A DNA stretch of 64,000 nt from Somniosus microcephalus (GCA_052327205.1 CM126224.1:25606001-25670000), one strand, 5' to 3'. Positions 47,060 to 60,650 are shown, numbered from the stretch's first letter. The notes: generated from the letters alone by a model not told the origin. Translations and numbers: made by a program.

Positions 47060-48780
47060 CTGCAAGAATTCAAGGAAGAATATAGGCTGACAAGTAATGG
47101 GTTAAAAAGAGGTAAACCAAGAGTACTCCTGAGAGGGTATGACGCCAAAATGGAGGGAAGGGAAAGCGAAGTGAAGTTCTCCAAGGGTTAAAGGGTCAGT
47201 GCTTGGGGCCCTACTGTTCCTAATCTACATAAATGCTATGGATACCGAAATCAACTTAAAATGTGCTGATGACACAAAATTAAAAGGACAGTGGAGACTG
47301 CAGACGCAGCAGATTATTGGCAAAAGGGTTTAAATCAGTTACATTGTTGGGCAAACGTAAAAAAATGATGCTGAGAAATGTCAAATAATGGCCCAGAATT
47401 TGCGTTCATGATGACGGCGAACTGGCAACGTTCCATCATTCCACCTTTTGAAACTGGCCACAATTTTGGGATTTGGCGCATGTGGAAATCCCCGAAGTTG
47501 CGGTCGGTCAATGACCACTCCGAAACAGGCAGTGCTGTGCCCACCCCCCATCCCGCGCAGAGCCGGCAATCTGTGCAATCGGCCAAATCATTGAAACTGA
47601 CAAACTTCGGCAATTACGCTGTTAAATTCCCCACTAAAAGTTAGACCCAAAGGGATTAGGTGTAACTGGGCTTTTAACAGCGTATTGACTGTTAAACAAA
47701 TGTTAAGGGCCTGGAAAACTAATTTTAGATTTTGTGCAATGTGAAATTTGTCCATTTTAATAAAAATTAAAAAACTTTAAGAAACTTTATCAACAAACAT
47801 TTTTTACATTAAAAAAAAAAAAAGTTTGTCCATCTTTATTTCAGGTTTGCCTTTCCCCATGCGAGAGCCCCCATCTTTGTTTTGCTGTCACTAACTATTT
47901 CAAAAAGTTATAATTTTAACAGCGCACACACTTGTTCGCTGTCTGAGAGAATTCTGCAATTTGATTGGCTGCTTAGGCAGCCTGTTGACGTCCTAGCAGT
48001 TCGAACAAAGGGATCCCCATTACAGTCCATTGAATTCGAGGTCGGAAAACCGGTTGGAAAACCAGTCTTTCTCGACACAGGGATTGCGAGATCCTTGTGC
48101 GGAGCGTACTTCGGGGCCAGTCACAATGTCTTTGCTTCGCTGCTGACTGCAAATTCCAGGCCATTACATACAAGTGAAAAGAAGTATGCAACTTCAGTAT
48201 ATATAAATTAAATGAGTACAAGGAGACGTCGCGACCTGGGTGCAGTACAAGACTCCTTGCATTCAATGTCCAGATAATGCAGCAAAGCTGTTAACAAATG
48301 AATTTAATGTTAGACCATATAGCCAGAATAGTCAAATGTAAGTCTGCAGAAGTTATGTTGCTGCTTTTCAATGCAATGACTTCAAAACCGGTGTTCAGTT
48401 TTTGGCCACCACACCACAAAAAAAGTGCTTACATTAGAAAGAGTGCAGAAAAAAGCAGCAAGTGTAAAGATTACAAGGAAAGATTTAAAAAGCTTATGAA
48501 TGGGGAGGTGTGGGTCTTGTCTAAGTGTATAATAAAGTATTAAATCTATAGATAAAGTAGACCCAAGTTATTACATTAAAATATGCCAATAAAAGTAGGA
48601 AGATCAGGTGACAATGTTTAGAAGATGTCAGGGAAGATTTCTTTACCGAAGAGTGAAAAATGTTTGGAATAAGTGATCAAAGTATATTATAGAGGCAAGA
48701 AACTTGGGGTTGTTCAAAAACAGTTGAATGCCATGATGGCAGTGTAAACGGATGAGCTTCAGTGGGTTTTTCTCCTATTA
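47060..48780 (+). mobile_element. Old CR1 fragment interrupted by a MITE
   Basis: gggtcagtgcttggggccctactgttcctaatctacataaatg...tgctgatgacacaaaatt (RT motifs GSVLGPLLF, ADDTK); continues after 48165 to a decayed 3' UTR. Confidence 0.75.
47390..48162. mobile_element. GGCC-TIR MITE
   Basis: aat|ggcccagaatttgc ... gcaaattccaggcc|att; removing it restores the host CR1 frame EKCQILH. Confidence 0.85.
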
Positions 48781-51654
48781 TAAATTGATCTGAAGGGTTG
48801 TTGCTGATCATGTGTGGATCTGTGAAGTGTTACTTATTACTTTTGGAGCATGTGACTTAGGGTGCCTTAACCATGCTAGAAAGTAATTTCTGCTCTGCAC
48901 TGGTGCTAAACTGGCAGTGAAAATAGAGTTTGGGCCCAACGTGAGTCGCGAGCAAAGCTGAATGCGTGCAAATCCAGTGTGGTGTCGAATGTGGTTTGCA
49001 AAGTACTTAGATGGTCTATTGGAACCTTTAGACACTTGGTAAATCTACCTAACTTTAATTTAAACGTTTAAGCAGAGATTCCTCCCACTCTCTAAACATT
49101 GACATTTTTGGAGTCAGCGCTGCATACTCTTGGGTTCAGACATGCACAGAGACGTCTCTGAAACAGTACAGTTAAAATTCCAGCCAGGCAGGACCCAAGC
49201 AGTGTAAACGGAGTTCTGCCCTGTTGAAATAACTACAGATATGGCTCTTAAACTGGTAGCTACTCTAAGTGCACCCTTTGTCTTTGTCAGTTTCTAACAT
49301 CATTTGGTTATTGGTATTCAAAGCAAATTGGTGTTAATTTATTAAAATTGGTTATAAGACTTCAAATCTGAGTTGCACACAGTGGAAACTCAATTCATAC
49401 AGTAAATTTAGTTGGGGAGTTGGTCTGGACAATTTGTTTAATTACAGGTAATAGCTGCGCATCATTATAGTAATTCAATTACAGTAATATAACTGAATTA
49501 TTGTGTGGGTGGTGTTCTTGCTTATTTATCTAAATTGTTTATAAAGTTCCAACTCATGGCTTGCATTTTAAAAAGCATATTTAAAAAAAAAAAAAAAAAA
49601 ATTCTATCATCTGTACTTATGAACGTACATGTTGGGATCAATGGTTGGCGCAAAATAACCGCCGAATGCTGCTGACATGACTCCGGAGTGCCACAGGGTT
49701 GAAGTGTGTTACAACAGATGAAACACAAGTGATGGGTTTTGTTTACATAGTACCTAGGGTGGAATTTGAATTTAGGGAAATACTAATTCAAGTTAAGCAC
49801 TGTAGAAAATGCAAATGATTAGTCTGGCATGCCTATTGAAAAGCTGTTTGTTATTTTTGTATTTACTATAACATAACAGTACAGCAGATTAGAGGTGAGC
49901 TTAATTTTGCTTTATATAAAGGTTAGGATGGAGGGATGACATTTACTACAGTAGTCTTTGCTGCCAAAGTTAAGTTCCTTTCTCAAGAACTCTTTCTTAC
50001 AAATGCACCTAATGAAATGGAGAAATCACAATTAAAGCCAGTTTCCATTCAGAATAGGACGACAAAAATCGTCATCTTTTAACTGGTGTTCATAATAGAA
50101 CTCTGAAGCCTCTGATTCAGTTAGAAATTTAAATAAGGTTGGTCACCAGTATTTATACCACACCTGTCATGTGATGGGTGATCCTTCGTCCTTCTCCAAC
50201 CTTCAAGCTGTTCCTCGATCTGTCGGAATCTTTATTTTTCTCTATTTTATCAATACTGCTATGGTTACTGCTTCTCTGAACTTTCTCCTTCTGTTTCTTC
50301 GAAGCTCCTTGTGTGTTCTTCTTCCCAATCTCTGATGTGTTGATGTCATCATTTCCTGGTTTGCCTGGGCTTCTCTTGCACTTCTCAGTGTTGGTAATGT
50401 CCTGCAGTATAGCCCTTGGCACTTCACTTCCATTTCTCAATTCAAGAAATTCTATGCTCCTGAACCAGAAGTGCACTTTGGCAAAGGTACCCTTTTTGCT
50501 TTTTTTAGGGAAAGGTTTTTTTTTTCTTTTTGTTTCCCAGACTACATCGCAACTGAAGTAGGCTACTGAACTCTGTTCTTAAACATCATCATGCTGCTTT
50601 CCACAGGCCATTTGGAGATACCCAAGGACAGCCTGGAGATTAATATCTCTGCTTTTGTTTTATGTTTTTTATTTAAATGCTTCCCCACAATGTAACTGAG
50701 ATGGGGAGCAAAGCAGTGTTGAAAATTAAACTCACAAATATGTGGGACAGCATTCTGTTGTTCCATTGAACTGCCTAACATTGCTCTTTATCTTTGTATG
50801 GTTTAAAGCTGGTTTTACATTCCAATTCTCTACATTTGTGACAACTACAGTATAAACTGGGATTATTATTTCAAATTTAGGAGGCTAATTGTAAATTTAA
50901 CACTAACCCCAGTTTTAAAAATAATGCTGCATGCTCACAAACTCACATCTGCTTTTAAAAGGAAGGTACAGAGTAACTTCAACTTCAATTAACCTTAACC
51001 TTCATGTGCATGGGAACCAAAGACGCATTTCATTGAACAAAGCAAAATCATAGAACAGAAGTTATGTGGTTTTAAAGGTTTTACTATTACATGTGTAAGA
51101 ATACTTTTACATGGTCAGTGATAAACAACTGTATATGCTCGTTGTTACTACATTAACGAACTCACTCGTGCTGAAAGCAAAGGTATAAATATGTCAACTC
51201 TTCGCATTTAGACTATGAAAAAGAAACATAGGATCAGATAAAGATGAGTGCAGCCTTAGTGCTATAATCAGTAGTATTGGTACTGAAATGTAAACAGGTG
51301 ATTTATACATGTTCTAGTGTTTAATAAAAGATAGTATCTTCTGTAATGAAGGACAGTGTTCCTTTTTAATTTTGTTTAATAAGTATTTTCAAGGTTAGAG
51401 AGGTATTCTACAAGGTATTAAATAGAAATGGTGTAATATATCAAAGTGTACACTCAGACTCTTGATTGGTCAACTAAGAGGTCACTCTTGAGGGCAAAGT
51501 GATCTTGTCAGGGTTCATCAGTTTAAAAGCAGTCGTCTCAGCCTAAAAACATTATCTACAGGGATATATGATCTTATTTAAGATAATCTTGGGTAAGAAT
51601 CTTGTGTGTATTACAGTGAAATCCAGTTGAAGTGATCAATTTTGATAACTCCCC

Positions 51655-53905
51655 ATGTGATACTAGAATCAGGCCATCTTAGACTGGGTATTATGTAATG
51701 AGAAAGGATTAATTAGCAATCTTGTTGTGCGCGGCCCCTTGGGGCGGAGCGATCATATGATGATAGAATTCTTTATGAAGATGGAGAGTGAAGTATTTGA
51801 CTCGGAGACTAGGGTCCTGAATTTAAATAAAGGAAACTATGATGGTATGTGGCGCAAGTTGGCTAGGATGGATTGGGGAACGTTACTTAAAGGGTTGACG
51901 GTGGATAGGCAATGGCAAACATTTTAAAGATCGCATGGATGAACTACAGAATTTGTTCATCCCTCTTTGGCATAAAAATAAAACAAAAAAGGTGACTCAA
52001 CCATGGCTAACAAGGGAAATTAGGGATAGCATAAGATCCAAGGAGAGGACATATACACTGGCCAGAAAAAGCAGCAAACCTGAGGATTGGGAGCAGTTTA
52101 GGATTCACAAAGGAGGACAAAGGGATTAATTAGAGAGGGAAAATAGAGTATGAGAGTAAGCTTGCAGGGAACATAAAAACTGACTGCAAAAGCTTCTATA
52201 GATATGTGAAGAGAAAAAGATTGGTGAAGTAAAGCGTAGGCCCCTTGCAGTCAGAATCAGGGGAATTTATAATGGAGAACAAAGAAATGGCAGACCAATA
52301 AAATACATACTTTGGTTCTGTCTTCACAAAGGAGGACACATATAACCTCCCAGAGATGTCGGGGAACATAGGGTCTAATGAGAGAAGGAACTGAATGAAA
52401 TCAGTATTTGTAGGGAAATGGTGTTAGGGAAATTGACGGATTGAAGGCCGATAAATCCCCAGGGCCTGATAATCTATATCCTAGGGTACTTAAGGAAGTG
52501 GCCCTAGAAATAGTAGATGCATTGCTGGTCATCTTCCAAAATTCTATAGACTCTGGAACAGTTCCCATGGATTGGAGGGTAGCTCATGTAACCCCACTAT
52601 TTAGAAAAAGGTGGTAGAGAAAAAATGGGGAATTATAGCCTGACATCAGTAGTGGGGAAAATGCTAGAGTCTATTATAAAAGATGCAATAGCAGAGCACT
52701 TGACTAATCTACTGGAATTTTTTGAGGATGTAACTGGTAGAATAGATAAGGGAGAACCAGTGGGTGCGGTGTATTTGGACTTTCAGAAGGCTTTCGATAA
52801 GGTCCCGCATAAGAGATTAGCGTGTAAAGTTAAAGCACATGGGATTTGGGGGTAAGGTACTGACTTGGATAGAGAACTGGTTGGCAGACAGGAAGCAAAG
52901 AGTTGGAATAAACGGGTCTTTTTCCGAGTGGCAGGCAGTGTGAGGTACCGCAGGGATCTTTGCTAGGACCCCAGCTATTCACAATATATATTAATGATCT
53001 AGACGAGGGAACTAGATGTAATATCTCCAAGTTTGCAGACGACACAAAGCTGGGTGGGCGTGTGTGCTGTGAGGAGGATGCCGAGAAACTCCAGGATGAT
53101 TTGGACAGGTTGGGTGATTGGGCAGAAGCATGGCAGATGCATTATAATGTGGATAAATGCGAGGTTATCCACTTTGGTGGCAAAAACAGGAAGGCAGATT
53201 ATTATCTGAACGGCAATAGATTGGGAGAAGGGGAAGTGCAACGAGACCTGGGTGTCCTTGTGCACTAGTTGCTAAAGGTAAGCATGCAGGTGCAGCAGGC
53301 GGTTAAGAAGGCAAATGGTATGTTGGCCTTCATAGCGAGAGGATTCGAGTACAGGAGCAAAGATGTCTTGCTGCAGTTGTACAGGGCCTTGGTGAGGCCA
53401 CACCTTGAGTATTGTGTGCAGTTTTGGACGCCTTATCTGAGGAAGGATGTTCTTGCCATGGAGGGAGTGCAGCAAAGATTCACCAGACTGATACCTGGGA
53501 TGGCAGGAGTGACATATGAGGAGAGATTGGGTCGATTGGGCTTACATTCGCTGGAGTTTAGAAGAATGAGAGGGGATCTCATTGAAACTTATAAAATTCT
53601 AACAGGACTAGACAGACTAGATGCAGGAAGGATGTTCCTGATGGTGGGGGAGTCCAGAACCAGGGGTCACAGGCTAAAGATAAGGGGTAAGCCATTTAGG
53701 ACAGAGATGAGGAGGAATTTCTTCACCGAGAGTGGTGAACCTGTGGAATTCTCTACCACAAAAGGCAGTTGAAGGCTAAAGGGATATGGGGAGAAAGCAG
53801 GGACAGGGTACTGAATTTGGATGATCAGCCATGATCACATTGAATGGCGGAGCAGGATCGAGGGGCCGAATGGCCTACTCCTGCTCCTATCTTCTATGTT
53901 TCTAT
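51655..53905 (+). mobile_element. CR1 LINE, 5'-truncated (APE end through RT), defective
   Basis: PLGRSDHMMIEF (APE end), PWLTREIRDSI, YLDFQKAFDKVPH, FADDTKLGG, LYRALVRPHLEYCVQFW; tail ctatcttctatgtttctat; several stops and deletions. Confidence 0.96.
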
Positions 53906-56179
53906 AATTGAATGATCACCAAATCCAAAGGTGGCAATCCCATAATGTACAGCAGGGCAGTTGTCAACCAAAAATGGCCAGCTAGCAGAGTTGCTAAACA
54001 GTGCTGATAGCACAGTTTGGTTTCTTTTATCCTTTTCGTACCATTTTGGGGAATCCAGCTCAAACCGGTCAGCACAACTGACTTGGCCTGATGCGTACAA
54101 CCAGTGGGAAATTTGCAGGTTTGGGATATGTGATTTGATCCTTAGTGCATGTAAATACTGCAGATATGTCAGGAAATCTCAAACCCTAAAATATAATTGA
54201 ACTGCTCCCAAGAAATGTTATGCTTAGCTTTGGAGCTCTGCACAATGCAAGTGAATGGAAAGGATTTATTTTTCCTTATTCACTTATCCTTCACGTACAG
54301 ATGAACAAGCCATCATTTAAATGGAGAAAAACTGCCACCAGCACATTTGCAATCAGTATGGCACCAGGCATTCCGCTCGTGTCGTTGCTCCAAACCAGAA
54401 GAGCAACATGCCTCTAATATCATTCCAAGAGTCTTCCTTCGCTAATAGTAACTCCCATTGATACTGTTCTAAGAAGCATGGGGCAGATTGTTAGATTTAT
54501 AGCTCTCCAAAAGAAAGTTTCAACTCCATCATTTCAACCATGCAAGATTTAGCTTCCCTTTTGGCAGAGCCTGTGTCGGACCAACTTGTTCACAATGTCA
54601 CTGGTATTGATTGATGCCCCATATTCAGTCTTCAAATAATCTCAGCAGAAATTTCTGGTTCGTAGTATTGAGTCAGCTAATGAGTTCCATGAATCTGAAG
54701 TCACCAAAGGTGAATCTGAAAGGGTGAAGGCCATATACATGAAGAGGAGGAGGAAACCTCCACCTTGTGCTCCAGGTTTAAATCCTGTTTAATTTCATGG
54801 CTGTAATACTTGTGTTGCCTCTAAATTGAGTCTGTACATCCCAGTACTTCTCGCTAGATCTCCATCCGAGATTCAGTGGACCTTTTTGTAATTCACCTAA
54901 TTTCACAGATTTTTTTTCTTCCAATCGCAATGTGGGCAGTTTGAGAAGTGGGAAAAGTTAATTCCATTTGCCCCAGCTTCTAAAAAATCTGATGAGATAT
55001 AGTCCCAGTAACAACTTAAGATGCCCTTTGTACCTGCTAGTTCAAGGTTCCTCAGTGGTATTACACAGACTATACATGATAAACCACCTGTACTTGGAGA
55101 AGCACTGATTCTTCACAACAAGAACCTAAAAAGTATCATAACGGAGAATGCAGCTATGCATATTTATTCTATCTATCTATCCTGGGCATCTGTTAGATGA
55201 GGACTGCATTGCATCTAGGCTATTGGATCAAATTTGTACACAAGCAAGTAGTAAAAGTAAGTGCAACAGTTACTGCAGATTTTCATGCCATCATGGTCAG
55301 TTCCCTTTTCAGTTTGGATAATTTAAAAGCTCATTGCTAAACGATTTGAGTTGTCTATGGTCAACAAAGATATGCCTCGAGACATCGATATGGGCTGCAG
55401 CCTAGGGATTCTGCTTTACATGCGTGCTTAGCTGAGAATTTTGGATTTCATATCCGACCCATAGGGCAAATTATTACCAATTGCTGGCTCAGGAAAGCAT
55501 TTCTTTTTAGGAATATCTGGCTGAGGAAGGCGGTGAAGGAATGTTATACCCTTTATTCCCTAGGCATACCACCTCTTTCCCCAAGATTCAGCAGGGAAAT
55601 TTTTGAGACCATCAGTGCACCTGCCAGAGATATTCTGGCCCCAAAAGGTTTAGGAGCTCGTTTTCCTCGGCTGCGAAGAAAATATGGGATTTTGTGGGTC
55701 CAGGAGGATGGGTGTTGGGGTATTTAATCTGTTCTGAGCCATAGAACCTGAAGGAGAGAACAGTGAAGTTGGAGAACAAAATAATCAAACTTGTGGGATT
55801 TGTTGAATATAAAAGGAGTAAAGATGAGTGGTAAACATTGGAAGAGGAGGTTCAAACTAACAACATGGCTATTGGAGCAGATTCCCACTTGTTGGTGGGA
55901 ACTGTAGATTCCAGGAAGGCGTGCAGCAATAAGCTTAGCGATGGCCTCGCTTTGTGTGAAGTTTCATCCATCCTTAAGTATCCGCAGCATCTACTAAATC
56001 CCAATTGGAAATTGTATATGTTCTTGTAGCAAAAGAATTGCAGGTTTGGTAAACAGAAACTGTAGTGTTTGATCAATCTTATTGCATGTGATGTTAGATT
56101 AGAGTAATCCTTCGACATCATCTGAAGTCCCCACTAAAGTAGCCTGACTTTCATCCCTCTCGGGCAGCTGTTGGTAATG

Positions 56180-56502
56180 ATTCTGCTATTGCCATTTACA
56201 CCTCCTCTAGATCCATCTTTTTAACTTTACCACCCTCTCTTGCCTTGCACCAGCATCCCTTTTGTCTTTTAATCTCTCCTGCCTTCCACCCTATCACAGA
56301 CCTTTTTGTTCTTTCCTCCTGTTTCCCTGCCTCTTAAAACCTGCTTAAAACCTTTTCCATCTTAACTTTTTCCAGTTCTGATGAAAAGTCATCAACCTGA
56401 AACATTAACTCTGTTTCTCTCTCCACAGATGCTGCCTGATCCACTGAGTATTTCCAGCATTTTCTGTTTTTATTTCCGATTTCCGCAGTATTTTGCTTTT
56501 GC
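56180..56502 (+). mobile_element. Penelope pLTR with partly decayed hammerhead (56375-56409)
   Basis: Pyrimidine-rich region, then gtt-CTGATGA-aaagtcatcaacct-GAAA-cattaac-tctgtttctctctccacagatgctgcctg...tttccagcattttctg. Confidence 0.85.
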
Positions 56503-59398
56503 TGTTACACTGTCCTGTCTGACTCTTCCTCCGTCAGGAGTGCAGCATGGATCCCATTGTATAGATGCAAACTGCACTCTCCTCTCCATGTATAAGAAGA
56601 GATCAGTTGTAAAATTAGACAGTTGTTTGTGTTCCACAGGGCATGTACCTTGTATGGCTTTCAACAATAATAACTTACATTGATCTAGCGCTTTAACGTA
56701 GGAAAACGGCCCAAGGCCCTTCGCAGCAGCGTAATGAGCAAAAATTAATGGAATGATTCTCCACATGCCAAGTTCCAATCGGCCCAATTGGAAATGATTA
56801 GTTGTAGATGAAATGTTTTTTGTGGTGGTTTTTTGCTACCATATTATCACATTATGAATATCTTTTAGGAGGTGGATAAGGGAAGAACACCCCTTCATGT
56901 GAAAGGATAGTTGCTTGGGTGACATCATGATACCATAAGTGTCCCTCAGGGTTACTTGTGATTCTCTCTGATGGCATGGTGATTTTAGAAGGTATTTCTA
57001 TTAAGAGTGAAAGCCTTGAGCTATGAAATCCTTTGTTTTATATTCAGAAATTTGTACAAATGAATCCAAAAAACAAGTTGATGGATGGGGAAGAGCAGCT
57101 TATTTTACATCCAATTGTTTTACGAAGAAAACTAGCAAATAAAATAATCTTTTGATATCATTATCCAATTGTCCCTAATTGTTACATACATTCTTAATCC
57201 CAAATTGTAGAACGTATAATTTTGTAATGCTGTTTCCTGAAACCGTTGATTGAACCTTGAGGTCCCTGGGAGACGAGCTGGCAATCTTCCACTAATAACA
57301 ATTGCAGAAAAATGTGACTCTAGTAAATCCCCAGTGTGTATTTGAGAAGATGGCTGATGGTTGCATGCACTACCCTTGATTACCAAACCATCACTGAAAG
57401 ATTCTGTGATAAACGCAGCATTTACTCAAGTTATGTTAGAGGCTCTAATACTACCCACTCTTGCCGAATCGATAGTGTTACAGTGCACCTGTATTTACAA
57501 ACATTAATCTTGCCTGGGCACTGAGTCTGGCTGCTAAGCTGCAGTTGACACATCACATTTCTATCTTGTTTGCCCCCACCCCCATTCTCCAATACAAGGG
57601 TTTTCTACAGAAAATACACCTGAAAGCTTAAATAGTTCTATATGTTTGTAGTCTACGGAGGTTACATTTTGAGTGCTGTGCATCCTATTGGCATGATGCC
57701 TTGTAAGCTAAAAACCTTGTACTAAGAGTTTGGCAAATAGTATGTATTACAAGCTTCCTTAAAAGGTTTATTAACAAGAAGTTATGATTTTAAATTTGCT
57801 ATATATGCTTTTATCCTTCGGTTCTATAGAGTTCCTAATACTAGTTGCAAGCAAATCATCTAGTTTTAAAGGCATGTGATACTGCTTCAGACATAATGAT
57901 GTAATAATGGTCAAGAAATTCCCTGTTTTCCAACATTTTCTGTGCTAGGAATACATGTTCCAAACTGAGAAGCACTTATTGTGGAACAATTACTGTCCTG
58001 CTTCAATGCTTAAAGATTAGGTTGTGTAGACTTTGCAATTCTTCAGTAAACTTACTGAAATACACCCTACCAGCTCTGTCTGTGACATCTTGATTTATGA
58101 AGGGTTTAACATACCAGTTTAATGTAGATCTTTTAAACCTTTGAAATCATGATTGTATTAATGGAGATGATGTGTGATTGTCATACAGGAAGCTGTGTAC
58201 TAAGTTCAACACGCATTTAGTTGCTGTTATGGATTTTTTTTTATACTTGAGGGTGATTTTCTCTGTGATGTTCAGCACAGGTGTTAACATTTACATTCTT
58301 TGCCTGATGTAGTGTAGCATGTGCTTGATTTCATTTCAGAGTGAAAAATAGATGAAATGCCAGGGATTCAAATAATGTATAATTCACAGCAAGTGACAGC
58401 AGGCTTTTAATACTGGCTCTAGCCGACAGCCTAGCGCCAGGAAATGTCACACTTGGAGTGAAAGCGACTTGCTTCCTGTTATGTAGGCTTTCTTGATGAC
58501 TAAGTGATCGATTACCTATGACTTTTTTTTTTCTTTTGGGAAAACCATATGCAAAATTGTGTTTTTAAGCCGTTTCATTTGTTAAACACAACGGACAGTG
58601 TTAATATATAAATATATAAAGTGTGCTTGAAATATCATTCACATCACCTGACTGCACAAAGTGCTTGTCAAACTGAAAGAACCAGCACTAATTCACTGAG
58701 CTAGTGGATGAGTTAAAGATTTTAAAATGCAAAATGAATAAGGGTATACGTTGTGTTGAGACATTTTATTTACTAGTCACCTTTACCAGTATTCCTTAAT
58801 GCCCCATTTCCACTAGGCTGTGAAATTTTCTTACATTAGGTCCTCATAAGAACATCTGTCTAAAGAGCAATGGCAGCAAATCTAAGATGAGTGCTGATCA
58901 GAGAGACTTAAACTACTGGGATTAAGGAAAGCATTGTAGAAAACGTAGAAAGACAAAGCGTAGTGATAGTTGAGGAAGACTGGAACGATGAAGACAATAA
59001 AAGAAAGAGAAAATATCAGATGACAAAAGAAACCAGGGAAGATCTCTGGGTAGCCCAGTGGGTGTTCCTTGCACCTTTGGACATGGATTCAAATCCAACC
59101 CAGCCCAGGGTGTGAACATTCTAAGGGAATGAGGAAACTTGAAAGGAGTTTGGACAGTATCTCCACAATGTGGGATCACAGCAGAAAATGGCCCCTAATT
59201 AGCACCAATAGAATGTCTCACTCAGAGAGGCTGCAAGGATAGCTGATGTGAAAAATGAAGAGCAAGTTTCCACTGGTGCAAAAACAGCTGTCTGTATGAG
59301 ATTGTAGCCATGGTGTGGAGATGCCGATGTTGGACTGGGGTGGACAAATGTAAGAAGTCACACAACACCAGGTTATAGTCCAACAGTTTTATTTGAAA

Positions 59399-59435
59399 TC
59401 ACAAGCTTTCGGAGCGCTGCTCCTTCGTCAGGTGA
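59399..59435 (-). ncRNA. Minimal type I hammerhead ribozyme (antisense copy)
   Basis: Reverse complement tcac-CTGACGA-a-ggagc(agc)gctcc-GAAA-gctt-gtga. Confidence 0.8.
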
Positions 59436-59833
59436 AGTGGAGAGATGCATAAAGACACAGCTTATATAGTCAGAGAATAATGCCAGATGATTACAGGTAA
59501 TCTTTCTAACTGCCATTTATCATACCTCGGCAGAGAGATAATCACAGCGATCAAAGGTGTGAATGGTGTCCAAACAGGTTAGTCAGGAAAACATTATATC
59601 AAAGAACAATGAGGTGGGGTCACAAGGGGTCAAATGTTGCAGATGCTGGGGTCTGTATGAAAAACTTTGATGTAATGTTTTCCTGACTAACCTGTTTGGA
59701 CACCATTCACACCATTGATTGCTGTGACTATCTCTCTGCTGAGGTGTGATAAATGGCAGTTAGAAAGATTACCTGTAATCATCTGGCATTATTCTCTGAC
59801 TATATAAGCCGTGTCTTTATGCATCTCTCCACT

Positions 59834-59870
59834 TCACCTGACGAAGGAGCAGCACTCCGAAAGCTTGTGA
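59834..59870 (+). ncRNA. Minimal type I hammerhead ribozyme (sense to MAPKAP1)
   Basis: tcac-CTGACGA-a-ggag(cagca)ctcc-GAAA-gctt-gtga: stem I tcac/gtga, stem II and palindromic stem III AAGCTT. Confidence 0.8.
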
Positions 59871-60229
59871 TTTCAAATAAAACTGTTGGACTATAACCTG
59901 GTGTTGTGTGACTACTTACATGTATGAGATTGGGTTGAAGACACGTCGTTGCCACAGTACAGAGTCCCTTACTCCGCAGCTGACTGCTGTACCTGACCTG
60001 CACATGCTTGATTGATGCTGACACTGGAAATATTCCATTCTTCAAATGTTCACAATCTTCACTTCAAGAGCAAAATTCTGCAAGTTCCTTTTTTTTACAA
60101 TAAAAATGAATTTGACATTCTGATGGCTCAGAGATGACATCTTTGTTGTCTGACCTGTACCGACCAGGAAGGTCCCAGGTTTCATCCCCGATCAGTACTT
60201 CGCTGGGCCAGTAATAGAAAAGAGAGAAC

Positions 60230-60550
60230 TTCATAGAATCATAGAAGCTCACAGCACAGAAGGAGGCCATTCGGCCCATTGTGCCTGTGCTGGCTCTTAG
60301 AAAGATCAGTCGTGCTCAGTCCCACATCCCCGCTTTTGGTCCGTAACCCTGTAAGTTCCTTATCCTCAAGTACCCGTCCAACTCCCTTTTAAAATTATTT
60401 ATGGAATCGGCTTCCACCACTTTTTCAAAGCGCGTTCCAGATTCCGACAACTGAGTGGAAAAAATTGACCCTCGTCTCCTCTCTAGATCTTTTGCCAACA
60501 ATTTTGAATCTATGACCTCTGGTTGTTGACCCACTTGCCAGAGGGAATAG
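60230..60550 (-). mobile_element. CR1 3' end
   Basis: Tail catagaatcatagaa; cagaaggaggccattcggccca; minus ORF VVEADSINNFKRELDGYL. Confidence 0.88.
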
Positions 60551-60650
60551 TTTTGCATTTTATATAGGGTCTTTCATGACCTCAGGACATCCCAAAGCGC
60601 TTTACAGCCAACGAAGTACTTTTGAAGTGCAGTCACTGTTGTGATGTAGA
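60551..60650 (-). mobile_element. DeuSINE 3' tail fragment
   Basis: ttgcattttatatagggtctttcatgacctcaggacatcccaaagcgctttacagccaacgaagtacttttgaagtgcagtcactgttg. Confidence 0.7.

Larger units (their letters stand above)
59305..59920. mobile_element. Non-autonomous Penelope foldback element (inverted pLTRs), 12-bp flanking direct repeat
   Basis: Arms 59348-59604 and 59665-59921 (257 bp, 9 mismatches by hand alignment) with a 60-bp spacer; tgtatgagattg at 59293-59304 and 59921-59932; pLTR tail gagatgccgatgttggactggggtggac on one side only. Confidence 0.92.
59040..60030 (+). mobile_element. Old LF-SINE-like element interrupted by the Penelope foldback
   Basis: Head ggattcaaatcc; ggcccctaattagcacc...gtctcactcagagaggctgcaagga and gggttgaagacac resemble LF-SINE motifs (from memory). 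Confidence 0.45.

Noticed and set aside
50153-50640. 107-aa lysine-rich minus ORF (KRSPGKP...)
   Set aside because: It faintly resembles the C-terminus of an RTE-type RT, so it is probably a very old LINE fragment. It is too degraded to call and there is no evidence for a gene.
43757-53905. CR1 ORFs as active reverse transcriptase genes
   Set aside because: Both copies are 5'-truncated and carry stops, frameshifts and deletions.
54400-56150. Possible ancient retroelement (minus-strand RGISLLTI motif near 55360-55380)
   Set aside because: A single short motif only; other RT motifs could not be recovered by eye. It needs a translated HMM search.
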